Assembly (NCBI GenBank): GCA_031411295.1
Contig: JANOAV010000047.1
Coordinates: 1-23,220, forward strand
Reading direction: 5' to 3'
Source: Verrucomicrobiales bacterium
GTDB taxonomy: Bacteria; Verrucomicrobiota; Verrucomicrobiia; Verrucomicrobiales; V1-33
DNA length: 23,220 nt
Position numbers and translations under genes: made by a program. The notes beneath the pieces were generated by a model. It saw only the letters and a list, made by a program, of their open reading frames with translations. It made no database searches and was not told the DNA's origin. This document shows positions 7,991 through 16,557 of this stretch, one piece after another (within the stretch, counting starts at the first letter, position 1; every line of letters begins with the position of its first letter).

Positions 7991-10206
7991 AATTCCTAAC
8001 ACTCCTTCTTTTCGTTTGTGGTCTGAGCCAACTCGCACGGGCTGGCGGGGTGGACGATCCCAAGGTCGTGGATCCAGCCATCATGCCGCCCGAGTGGTCA
8101 GCCGAAATGATCAAGGCCTGGGAATTGCTGCCGATCCGAGATGGCGGTCGGGTTAAGCCGCTCTATACCTTTGCCTACTATGAACTCCTGCGCACGCGCA
8201 GCATGGCCTCGCTGCGAGTGAAGTTCACCAAACCGGATCCCGTCACGGGCAAAATGTATCGCTCCTATGAGCCGATGGCTTGGGTGCTGGATTGCTTCTT
8301 CAATCCCGAAGCCGCCAAGCAATACTATTGTTTCACCTTGGACGATGGGGAGGCCCTGCGTCGCGTGGGACTGGAACCGCATCCGCTCAAGCGGGATCAG
8401 TATTCCTATAATGAGCTGGTCGTAGCCCGCGATAAGCTGGCGCAGATGCAAGATGATGTGGACCGCAAGAAAGAACTGGCCAAGGCCAATCATACCGATC
8501 CCTCCTACGACTACTTGGATGAAATGATCGCCAATCTGGCCCGGAACGTGGGCGCCTTCGAGGCCTTGATCCAGGCCGGGGCACCTCTGCGGCGGGTTCT
8601 GCCAATTGTAAATTCGCTGCCGGATGGACCACTGAGCGATCAGAAGGGCAAATCCATTACCACCTCCGCCGCCCTAACCTCGGTAAAAACGAATCCGCTC
8701 TGGGGCCAGATCATGACGCGCTACGAAGGCGATCCGAACCAAGCGCTCATGGATATCGTCGGCGTGCTGCGGGAGAGCAAAGCCTGGCAAACTGCGGGAC
8801 CGCGCGCATTTGGGGAGATGGACAAATTTGGTCCAGCCATTGAGGCCTATCTAACGGAAAGCGCAGAGACCCTGAAGACGCAACCAAACCTAGCCTCCAT
8901 CTTCAACGTGGCACCATTCCTCATGCTCGACATGCGCGCCAGCGGCCCACGGGTCTCGGTGGTTCCACCGCTTGGTGCCGGAGACACCAATTGGCATTCC
9001 TTTGGTGAACTCTCCAACATCATTCTGAGCAAGGCTAGTTCCGACACCCAGCAAACCGCAGCCATGAAGTGGCTGCAACAGGCGGAGGCCGCATTAGCCA
9101 TGCCGAGCAGTGCGGAGCGGGAAAAATCGTTGATCAAGTTTGCCGATGATCTGCGCGGTGCCAGCGAGGGATTGCCGACAGTGGCCACGATCTCGACGGA
9201 GTTGGATTTTCGGAAATGGGATTTCTTGTATAAAGCCAAATGGCTCTTCCTGTTGATCTTTGTGTTTGTAGCGGTCACTTGGATGGCCCCGCAGGCCAAA
9301 TGGGCAGCCGTCTTATTTACCGTCTGCAAGTGGGCCATGTGGCTCCCCATGCTCGCTATTGTTGCCGCCATCGCCTATCGAGTCAAAATTGGTTTTGGGG
9401 CTCCCGTGACGAATCTTTACGAGACAATTCCCGTCATCACTTTCGTAGCCGCAGGTCTGGCGGTCCTGGCGGAATTAATCTTTCGCACCCGGCTGGCCCT
9501 GGGGGTTGGGGCCATGGCAGGGTGCTTAGGTATGTTCCTGACTGGAGGCTTCGAAGCGAGCGAAGCCACCGATACGATCCATAGCTTGGAAGCCGTCCTG
9601 CGCACGGGGGTCTGGCTCTGGACCCATGTGATGTGCGAGGCGATTGCTTATGGGGCAGGAATGATTGGCGGATTTTTCTCGTTAGTGTATATTTTTGCGC
9701 GCCTGTTTGACATCGAACGCAAGAATGCCGCGTTCTTCAAAATGCTAACCTCCTGCGTTTATGGCATTCTGGCGTTCACCCTGGTGTTCATTCTGATCGG
9801 CACCGTGCTGGGGGGCATCTGGGGGAACCAAAGCTGGGGTAGGTTCTGGGGCTGGGACCCCAAGGAAAATGGCGCACTGGTCATCACCCTCTGGTGTCTG
9901 GCAGTGCTGCATATGCGCCAAGCGGGTTGGATCAAGGAGATCGGCCTGCACATCATGAGCATGATCACCATCGCCACCATCATCTTCTCTTGGTGGCATG
10001 TGAACGAACTGGACGTTGGCTTGCACGCCTATGGTCGCACCGAGGGGCGCATGCCCTGGATCATCGGGGGGTATTGCGCGGTGGGGTTGGTAGCACTGTT
10101 AGGCGCAGCAATCTCATGGTTTGCCAATCGCAGCAAAAACTCTGGCACTCCCGCAGTCGCGCTTGCTTCAAAAGACGTTAGCGCCATGCCACTGCAGTCG
10201 ATCTAG
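7987..10206 (+). CDS. ccsA: Cytochrome c biogenesis protein CcsA with a large N-terminal periplasmic domain
   Basis: PVTNLYE, WLWTHV (His), WWD motif GGIWGNQSWGRFWGWDPKENGAL, GLHAYG (His). An N-terminal signal peptide precedes a ~390-aa soluble domain beginning LPIRDGGRVKP. Confidence 0.93.
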   Translation: MKFLTLLLFVCGLSQLARAGGVDDPKVVDPAIMPPEWSAEMIKAWELLPIRDGGRVKPLYTFAYYELLRTRSMASLRVKFTKPDPVTGKMYRSYEPMAWVLDCFFNPEAAKQYYCFTLDDGEALRRVGLEPHPLKRDQYSYNELVVARDKLAQMQDDVDRKKELAKANHTDPSYDYLDEMIANLARNVGAFEALIQAGAPLRRVLPIVNSLPDGPLSDQKGKSITTSAALTSVKTNPLWGQIMTRYEGDPNQALMDIVGVLRESKAWQTAGPRAFGEMDKFGPAIEAYLTESAETLKTQPNLASIFNVAPFLMLDMRASGPRVSVVPPLGAGDTNWHSFGELSNIILSKASSDTQQTAAMKWLQQAEAALAMPSSAEREKSLIKFADDLRGASEGLPTVATISTELDFRKWDFLYKAKWLFLLIFVFVAVTWMAPQAKWAAVLFTVCKWAMWLPMLAIVAAIAYRVKIGFGAPVTNLYETIPVITFVAAGLAVLAELIFRTRLALGVGAMAGCLGMFLTGGFEASEATDTIHSLEAVLRTGVWLWTHVMCEAIAYGAGMIGGFFSLVYIFARLFDIERKNAAFFKMLTSCVYGILAFTLVFILIGTVLGGIWGNQSWGRFWGWDPKENGALVITLWCLAVLHMRQAGWIKEIGLHIMSMITIATIIFSWWHVNELDVGLHAYGRTEGRMPWIIGGYCAVGLVALLGAAISWFANRSKNSGTPAVALASKDVSAMPLQSI

Positions 10207-10224
10207 GCTCGGACCACGTCCAAC

Positions 10225-10740
10225 CTAGGGCTGCTTTTCAAGGACTTCCTCCGAGTCGTTTAACAGATTGATGGGAGGACCTGCTTCCACGGTAACTTCC
10301 AGCACCTGTGGAGCCCAATTCTGGCCACTCTCTTTCTCGGAGACGATGTGCAGGACACCCTTGTTCTTGGTGCCTTTGAGTGGAATCGTAAAGTCGGCAT
10401 CTCCAGTGTCGTTATTCTTGTTGATATGGCCGGACATCATGCCGTCCGTTTCCACCGGAGCCCCCAGCGCCTGCCGGACCTCGGAGGACTGTTGCGCCCG
10501 CGCCAGACCATCCTGATAGGGAGGGGATTTCTCCAACATCCCGAACACGCCCTTAAACGCAAAGTATCCCCCAAGTCCCGCCAGCACCAGCAGCGTCAGA
10601 CATCCGCCACCGACCCAGAAAACCCATGGCAGGCCGCCGCCACTCCGTTGCGGGGGCCCGTAGGCAGGAGGAATCGGTGGAAGTTCCGAAGGAATCGGCG
10701 GGGGCTGAGCTTGATTCATAGGTCTCAGAGCTTCAGCCAC
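10225..10740 (-). CDS. Coa1-like (cytochrome oxidase assembly factor 1 family) membrane-anchored protein
   Basis: Pro-rich N-terminus and one TM, then KSPPYQDGLARAQQSSEVRQALGAPV...G.ADFTIPLKG.KNKG.L...W, typical of bacterial Coa1-like proteins. Confidence 0.7.
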   Translation of the reverse strand: MAEALRPMNQAQPPPIPSELPPIPPAYGPPQRSGGGLPWVFWVGGGCLTLLVLAGLGGYFAFKGVFGMLEKSPPYQDGLARAQQSSEVRQALGAPVETDGMMSGHINKNNDTGDADFTIPLKGTKNKGVLHIVSEKESGQNWAPQVLEVTVEAGPPINLLNDSEEVLEKQP

Positions 10741-10744
10741 GGTT

Positions 10745-12592
10745 CTACTTCTGGGGCTGGAGGATTTGTTCCAAGCGGGTCCCCAACGCGCGCTCCAGAT
10801 TTTGCACGGTCTCGTTGTAAAGGCGGTGCATGTCGAGGCGTTTGAGATTCATTTCCAGCACCATTTCTTCGGATTCGTTCACAACCTCGAGGGGATTTTT
10901 GCTAAAGCCTGCGCCACCGCGAGCTTCATTTTTCATGAGCACTTCCAAGGCCGCAAATTGCTTTTCGCTGGCATCGATCATGGTTTGGGCTTCGCGCAGA
11001 CTTTGCAGGGCGGAGGAGATGTCGGCTTCGATGTTGGACTGCAGACGCCCGATCTCCCGAGAGAGGGCACGGGCCTCAGCTTCAGGGACTTTTTCGGCAT
11101 CGTTGATGGTGTTGCTCCAGAGCGGGATGGAGATGCCGAGTCCCAGGGACCATTCGTTGCTATCCCGTCCGCCACGATCACTCTGGACTCCGTAGCCAGC
11201 TTGAAAGTAGCCCAGGACGGGGAAACGGGCGGCTCGTTCCTTTTTGTATTCTGCTCTGGCGGATTCGTTCTTGGCATGCAGCGTGCGCAGGTCCATCCGG
11301 TAAACGCTCGCCATTTGGAGTAAATAATCTTCGTTGAGCTTCGAAAGGTCAATCACGCGATGTCGGAAGTTCGGCGGGACACTGATGCGGCGGTAGTCGT
11401 TGATTCCGGTAAGCTGGGCCAATTCCCGCCGCAGGGCATCCGCTTTGAACTTGGAGCGAAAGCCATCTGCCCGCGCACTGCTGGTGCTGCCAGCGGCTCC
11501 GGCTAGTTTGTCCAGCGCGTTCACTCTGGTGTAGTCGGTCAGCTCCTGCCGCTTAGCCGCCAGGATGTTGGAGGACTGAGCTTGGGCTTCGTAGTAGCTA
11601 AGCTCCTCATAGACGGCACGCACTTTGGCGATGATCTCATTTTCCACCGCCAAGCTTTCGTAATCGGCAGCCCGAATTTCGGCCTCGGCCGCCTCGATGC
11701 GGGGCTTCATTTCCCACAAGTTAGGAAAGGGGAATCGCAGTGCCATGCCGAATTGGCGCTCTGGGGTGGTCGTATCCCGATGATGCACGTAAGTGGTGGT
11801 CTCGCTGGCGAGTTTCTGGCGGTTCGTGTTGCGACCGTTTTCGGAACTGACCTCACGTTCAGCGCCATCTTTGCTGGTGTCCACGCGATTACGACGGCTG
11901 GTGCCGGTGGAATTGCGGGTCTCGTATTCCCGGGTCACCACCCGGTCCACGGTAGCGCCAGGGGTCACTTCACGTTCCACGGTGCGGTAGCGAGTTTCGC
12001 GAAAGCGGCCACTTTCAAACTCGTAACGGGACTTGGTCCGGCTGGGGGCACCGTTGACGGAACTGCTGCCACCGTAGAACTGTTGGTCCACTTCCGTGCC
12101 ATCTGTCAGGGTGTAGCTGGTGGAGCGTTCCCGGAAGGGATCGCCTACTTCCACATCCAACTGGGAGGAATACCCCAAGCGCAGTTCGGGATTCTTCCAG
12201 TCGGTCACGGCCAGTCGCTTCATTTTGGAAACCTCCACTTTGCCGCGAGCTTGGAGGACGTCCAAGTTGTTAAACAAGGCGGCATCGATGAGTTGCTGCA
12301 AATTTAGCGGACCAGTGGCGGGAATCGGTGAAACTTCCTCCTCTGCAGTTAGGTTATCCGGCCGGGGAGGCTTGGCGGATGGCACCACGGCGGGGTCCGC
12401 AGAAGCGGCAACTTTCGCTTTGGGCACGCTGCTGGGGACTGCCGGTGCCGTCTTGGCGGAGACCTTGGCGGGAGCTTTACTCGGGGCTGGTTGGTCGTTG
12501 TTACGAGCCAGCAGGGATGGGCTCAGCGCCAGCGTGAGGATACTGGCGCAGTTGAGGATGAGGGCAGGGGAATTACGGTGAGTGACGGGCAT
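10745..12592 (-). CDS. TolC/outer membrane efflux family protein with a large insertion
   Basis: Signal peptide, Ala/Pro linker, LNLQQLIDAALFNNLDV, NPELRLGY, helical repeats, RFPVLG.FQAGY...WSLGLGISIPLW and C-terminal LERALG. ATG 12592 chosen because it precedes the signal peptide. Confidence 0.8.
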   Translation of the reverse strand: MPVTHRNSPALILNCASILTLALSPSLLARNNDQPAPSKAPAKVSAKTAPAVPSSVPKAKVAASADPAVVPSAKPPRPDNLTAEEEVSPIPATGPLNLQQLIDAALFNNLDVLQARGKVEVSKMKRLAVTDWKNPELRLGYSSQLDVEVGDPFRERSTSYTLTDGTEVDQQFYGGSSSVNGAPSRTKSRYEFESGRFRETRYRTVEREVTPGATVDRVVTREYETRNSTGTSRRNRVDTSKDGAEREVSSENGRNTNRQKLASETTTYVHHRDTTTPERQFGMALRFPFPNLWEMKPRIEAAEAEIRAADYESLAVENEIIAKVRAVYEELSYYEAQAQSSNILAAKRQELTDYTRVNALDKLAGAAGSTSSARADGFRSKFKADALRRELAQLTGINDYRRISVPPNFRHRVIDLSKLNEDYLLQMASVYRMDLRTLHAKNESARAEYKKERAARFPVLGYFQAGYGVQSDRGGRDSNEWSLGLGISIPLWSNTINDAEKVPEAEARALSREIGRLQSNIEADISSALQSLREAQTMIDASEKQFAALEVLMKNEARGGAGFSKNPLEVVNESEEMVLEMNLKRLDMHRLYNETVQNLERALGTRLEQILQPQK

Positions 12593-12697
12593 GGTGACGG
12601 AAGGTAGTGGACGTGTCAGGTCGAGGGCGGAACGACGAGCAATAATTACTTCCTCTGCGGTATCGTTTTCGACACCCCGACGCAAGAAAGAAATGCT

Positions 12698-13513
12698 TCA
12701 CTTTTCCTCGTTACTGATCGAGAAATGTGAAGATTGGCTTAAGAAGCTAACCGGGTTGCGGTAGAGCACTTGATCCACCACATCGGCGGAGTATCCCCGC
12801 CGTCGCATTTCCAGTCCGGCTTTAGGCACGGCTAACGGATCGCTATGACCCCAGTCGCACGCGCTGTTCAGCCACAGGCGGTCCGTGCCGAGCATCTCCA
12901 GAATATCCACGGCCCGGGCGGGCGTGCATTTGGATTCTGGATACAGCGTCATGCCGGCCCAGAATCCCTGGTCCAACACTAACCGGGCGGTATGCTCTTC
13001 CACATGGTCAATGATGACGCGTTCGGGCTTTAGTTTGGGAAAATTTTTCAGCGCCTGAAGGATGAGCTTGGTGCCCTTGAGCTTGTCTTCCAAGTGCGGC
13101 GTGTGCACGAGGATGAGTTGGTCATGGTCCAAGGCCAACTGGATGTGCATTTCCAGAATTTTGTATTCGTTCCGGCTGTTCTTGTTCAGGCCGATTTCAC
13201 CGATGCCCAGCACGCTCTGCCGATCCAGCAGGCTGGGGATAATGGAAATGACTTCTTCCGCCAATTTCACATCCTCGGATTCCTTGGGATTGATGCAGAG
13301 CCAGCAGTAATGCGGCAGTTGATATTTCTTCGCCCGGCGGGGTTCGTAATCCACGAGTTGGAGGAAATAATCATGGAAGCCCTCGGCGGTGCGACGGTCG
13401 AATCCGGCCCAAAAGGCTGGTTCGCAGACCGCTTGGCAACCCGCTGTGACCATGGCGGTGTAATCGTCCGTGGTCCGACTGACCATGTGAGCATGTGGTT
13501 CGATGTAACGCAT
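12698..13513 (-). CDS. TatD-family metal-dependent hydrolase (EboB-like subgroup)
   Basis: EPHAHMVSRTTDDY, EPAFW, GIGEIGL, VHTPH, IIDH, NSACDWGHSDPLAVP. ATG 13513 preferred. Confidence 0.85.
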   Translation of the reverse strand: MRYIEPHAHMVSRTTDDYTAMVTAGCQAVCEPAFWAGFDRRTAEGFHDYFLQLVDYEPRRAKKYQLPHYCWLCINPKESEDVKLAEEVISIIPSLLDRQSVLGIGEIGLNKNSRNEYKILEMHIQLALDHDQLILVHTPHLEDKLKGTKLILQALKNFPKLKPERVIIDHVEEHTARLVLDQGFWAGMTLYPESKCTPARAVDILEMLGTDRLWLNSACDWGHSDPLAVPKAGLEMRRRGYSADVVDQVLYRNPVSFLSQSSHFSISNEEK

Positions 13514-13520
13514 GGGATAG

Positions 13521-13802
13521 TTAGGACTGTGGCTTGTAGGCACCGAACGCCCCTTGCATGCTGGCCGCTGGAATGGGTTCGAGCGAAGGATCGCTCAGCT
13601 CCAGCAGAATGCGCTCGACGCGGCCGGGTTCCGACGTGCTGAGCTGGGCAATCGCCTGCTTCAGAGCGGCAACCCGGAAGTCGTCCTCCTGGCCATAGCG
13701 TTGGACGCGATCAAGGAATGCCGCTACATCCAACAAGCGAGCACGAGCATCGATGAAGGATTGATCGACGGCGGAGTAGCTGGCAGCAGGGGAAAGTTTC
13801 AC
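13521..13802 (-). CDS. Small conserved hypothetical protein
   Basis: FIDARARLLDVAAFLDRVQR...DFR...RVERILLELSDP. It ends 7 bp before the TatD start. The start is uncertain (GTG 13802 or TTG 13847). Confidence 0.7.
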   Translation of the reverse strand: MKLSPAASYSAVDQSFIDARARLLDVAAFLDRVQRYGQEDDFRVAALKQAIAQLSTSEPGRVERILLELSDPSLEPIPAASMQGAFGAYKPQS

Positions 13803-13862
13803 AGGGGCGAGGATGGCTCTGAGGTTTGAAGAAAGTCTGGCGGACAACCTAGTCCGTCCGCC

Positions 13863-14711
13863 TCAATAACTGCCGGGGGAAAAGGACATGGTGAGCACTT
13901 TGGGCTCCGTGTCGTTGGCCGCCATCTGTCCACCCATGCCCAGGAGTTGGCTGATGGTTAGGAAACGATAGCCTTTGGCCAGCAGTGCATCCAAGGTGGC
14001 GGGCATGGCTTCCACGGTGCCAGGGTGAATGTCATGGGCCAGGAGGACGGCACCGGGTTTGACCCCGGGGGATTTCGCCCAACCGTTGAGAAGTCGGGAA
14101 GTTACGACCGCAGGTCCGGGACGTTTCCAGTCCTCAGGATCACACCACCAGAGAATCGTGGGATACCCGTAATCGCTGAAAAGCCACTGACGTTGGTGTG
14201 GGCTAACGCTGCCACCAGGCGGGCGGTAAGACCGTGGAGCGGCTCCAGAGGTGGCCAAGATCACGTCGGCGGTGCGTTGGATTTCACTGCGCAGAGGACC
14301 ATCCGCCCAGTTGCCGGGATTCTTGGGGTGCGTCCAAGTGTGATTGCCAAATTCATGCCCAGCCGCAGCCATCCGTCGCATCAACGCTGGCTGGCGCTTC
14401 ACATTTTCGCCCACGACATAGAAAGTGGCGCGAACATTTCGGGCGGCCAGAATGTCCAACAACCGGGGGGTGAGCGAACCATGGGGACCGTCATCAAACG
14501 TGATGGCGATGTAAGGACCATTGACGTTCGCCTGGGTGTAATTCTTGGCACCACTGACCCCGCCGGGGGCTGCTGGCGGGAGTCCTTGATGCTGTAAATT
14601 GGTGCGTGGAGCCATCACCACCGGCTGTTTCTTTTGAAACATGGAGCATTGGCTAAGGGCAGCGGCCGCAGCTGCGCTGGCGAGGAGGAGGGAGGGAAAC
14701 TTTAAGTTCAT
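13863..14711 (-). CDS. Polysaccharide deacetylase (NodB/CE4), lipoprotein
   Basis: Motif 1 TFDDGP, ATFYVVG, motif 2 GNHTWTHP, motif 3 RPPGG, DPEDW, motif 5 LAHD. Lipobox-like LSQC follows ATG 14711. Confidence 0.92.
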   Translation of the reverse strand: MNLKFPSLLLASAAAAAALSQCSMFQKKQPVVMAPRTNLQHQGLPPAAPGGVSGAKNYTQANVNGPYIAITFDDGPHGSLTPRLLDILAARNVRATFYVVGENVKRQPALMRRMAAAGHEFGNHTWTHPKNPGNWADGPLRSEIQRTADVILATSGAAPRSYRPPGGSVSPHQRQWLFSDYGYPTILWWCDPEDWKRPGPAVVTSRLLNGWAKSPGVKPGAVLLAHDIHPGTVEAMPATLDALLAKGYRFLTISQLLGMGGQMAANDTEPKVLTMSFSPGSY

Positions 14712-14729
14712 ACGGGAAATGATGCACCC

Positions 14730-14757
14730 AAGATAATTCACCACCCGCCGCCTGCAA
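14730..14757 (-). promoter_or_regulatory. Candidate sigma70 promoter for the deacetylase operon
   Basis: On the minus strand, TTGCAG-16 nt-TATCTT in the 61-bp gap between the rtcR stop and ATG 14711. Confidence 0.3.
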
Positions 14758-14772
14758 GGGCGGAAATGCGGG

Positions 14773-16401
14773 CTAGTCCCGTTGATTCCAGTCGTCAGTC
14801 CACTCCAAGCCAAACTTGGCGAGATACTTTTTCAAACGGTCCGCATCGTTTACTTTGACCTTTTCCAAACGGGTCACCGCATACAATTTCCGGCCGGCAT
14901 CCGACAGGGATTTGCTTTGCCGACAGACGTTGAGCACGTATTCCAACTGCACCACGTCCACCGGGTCAATCGTGGCCGAGAGGTTATGGGGCAACGCCAC
15001 TGCGACCGATGCCATCTGGCGCGGACACTTCCAGGCTGATTGCAGTCGGGCGATTTCAGCAGCCACGCAATCCTCCGTGATGCGCCCCCGGGGAGCCAGG
15101 GTTGCCATGCGTGTCGCGGCGGCATTGAGGTCACGGAAATTGGCGTTCCAAGTGGCTTCGGGGCTGCGGCCGAATTTGAGAAATTTGCTGAGCGCTTCTT
15201 TGTTGAAGCGGACTTGCTTGTGATGCTGCCGGGAAAATTTCTCCAACTCGAATTCCAAGTTTGCTGGCAGGTCCTCGCGACGTTCTGCCAGCGAGGGCAG
15301 GGTGAATGTCCAGAGGTTGATCCGGGCCAGCAGGTCTTCGCGAAATCTGCCGCTGGCAACTTCCGCCCGCAGATCCCGATTCGTCCCCGTGATGAGCTGA
15401 AAGTCACTGCGCACGGGCTTGTCCGCTCCCAATGGAAGAAACGTTTTGGTTTCCAGCGCCTGGAGCAACATCGCTTGCTCGTCCAGTCCTAACTCCCCAA
15501 TTTCATCCAAAAAAACCAACCCCCGATCCGCTTCCTTCAAGAGCCCAGAGCGATCCGATTGTGCTCCCGTAAAGGCTCCGCGCTTGTGACCGAAGAGCGT
15601 GGACATGGCATGATCTCCGCGCAGGGTGGCGCAATTCACTTCCACGAAATTTCCCGTCAAGCCCTGGCGTTGTTTCCTCAGCTCATAAATGCGCCCGGCC
15701 AGCATGGATTTCCCGGCTCCTGTTGGACCTGTTAGCAGCATCGGATGCGTGGACTTGAGCGCCACTTGTTCCATCTGCTCCATCAACTGATTGAAGGCTT
15801 TGTTTTTCGTTTGAATCCCGCTTCTGAGGAAATCGACCCGCGCCACTTTCTCCTGCGCCAGCCGCGTGGCGATGCGGTCATAGCGGGAGAGGTCAAGGTC
15901 AATGATCTCATAGGTGCCAGCCGGGACAGTATCGCGTGAACGGCCTTGCAGGGGCGATGTTTGCAACAAGCGCCCTGGCACATAACGGGCTTCATTGAGG
16001 AGGAACCAGCAAATCTGCACCACATGCGTCCCGGGGGTTAGGTGCACCAGATACTCTTCCCGCTCCGGATCAAAGGGATAGGCCTGCGCCCAGTCGTAGA
16101 GGCGCTCGAAGACTTCCGCAAAATCCCACGGGTTCTCGAAAGTCATTGGCACCAAATTGACCTGCGTCGATGGCGAAATGATGCCGATATCTCGCTGCAC
16201 GTTTTTGGCTAGATCTTGGAATTTTGGGTCATAGAGCAACTCGAAGCGATGCACGAGTAAATCTTCCTGCTGGCAGAGCGCAATGGAAGGTCGCCAGCGG
16301 GACCAGCGTTCCGGGCCCTCCGCACGATCCAAGACCGTGCCCAGCACGCCGATGACGACAGTGGGGCGGAAGTTGGGTTTGGGAGTGGCAGGGGTTTTCA
16401 T
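14773..16401 (-). CDS. rtcR: RNA-repair transcriptional activator RtcR (CARF + sigma54 AAA+ + HTH)
   Basis: N-terminal VVIGVLGTVLD...RWSRWRPSIALCQQEDL...NPWDFAEVF...YLVHLTPGTHVVQICWFLL; Walker A GPTGAGKS; GAFTGA; Walker B FLDEIGE; C-terminal SLSDAGRKL...VNDADRLKKYLAKFGLEW. ATG 16401 preferred. Confidence 0.95.
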   Translation of the reverse strand: MKTPATPKPNFRPTVVIGVLGTVLDRAEGPERWSRWRPSIALCQQEDLLVHRFELLYDPKFQDLAKNVQRDIGIISPSTQVNLVPMTFENPWDFAEVFERLYDWAQAYPFDPEREEYLVHLTPGTHVVQICWFLLNEARYVPGRLLQTSPLQGRSRDTVPAGTYEIIDLDLSRYDRIATRLAQEKVARVDFLRSGIQTKNKAFNQLMEQMEQVALKSTHPMLLTGPTGAGKSMLAGRIYELRKQRQGLTGNFVEVNCATLRGDHAMSTLFGHKRGAFTGAQSDRSGLLKEADRGLVFLDEIGELGLDEQAMLLQALETKTFLPLGADKPVRSDFQLITGTNRDLRAEVASGRFREDLLARINLWTFTLPSLAERREDLPANLEFELEKFSRQHHKQVRFNKEALSKFLKFGRSPEATWNANFRDLNAAATRMATLAPRGRITEDCVAAEIARLQSAWKCPRQMASVAVALPHNLSATIDPVDVVQLEYVLNVCRQSKSLSDAGRKLYAVTRLEKVKVNDADRLKKYLAKFGLEWTDDWNQRD

Positions 16402-16492
16402 GGAGCAGTTCGCGCAGGCTGAGCATAGCAGGATATACCAAAATGCAAATCCGCACGCCCAGGGAGGCACGCGCCCTGGGAAAAATGGGAGG

Positions 16493-16509
16493 CTGGCCCG
16501 CAAGTTGCT
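16493..16509 (+). promoter_or_regulatory. Sigma54 (RpoN) -24/-12 promoter
   Basis: CTGGCCCGCAAGTTGCT matches YTGGCACGNNNNTTGCW with one mismatch and exact GG-N10-GC spacing. It lies in the divergent gap next to a sigma54 activator, 48 bp upstream of ATG 16558. Confidence 0.8.
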
Positions 16510-16557
16510 CTAAGTCATCTGGTGAGCAATTTTAAATGGGAAAACAACTACGCAGCC

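Noticed and set aside
16402..16557. N-terminal extensions of rtcR (to 16503) and of the fusion gene (from 16522); also a Y RNA/tRNA or defined RtcR binding site
   Set aside because: The extensions overlap the sigma54 promoter or its likely TSS. No RNA gene fits the space, and no convincing activator dyad could be identified by eye.
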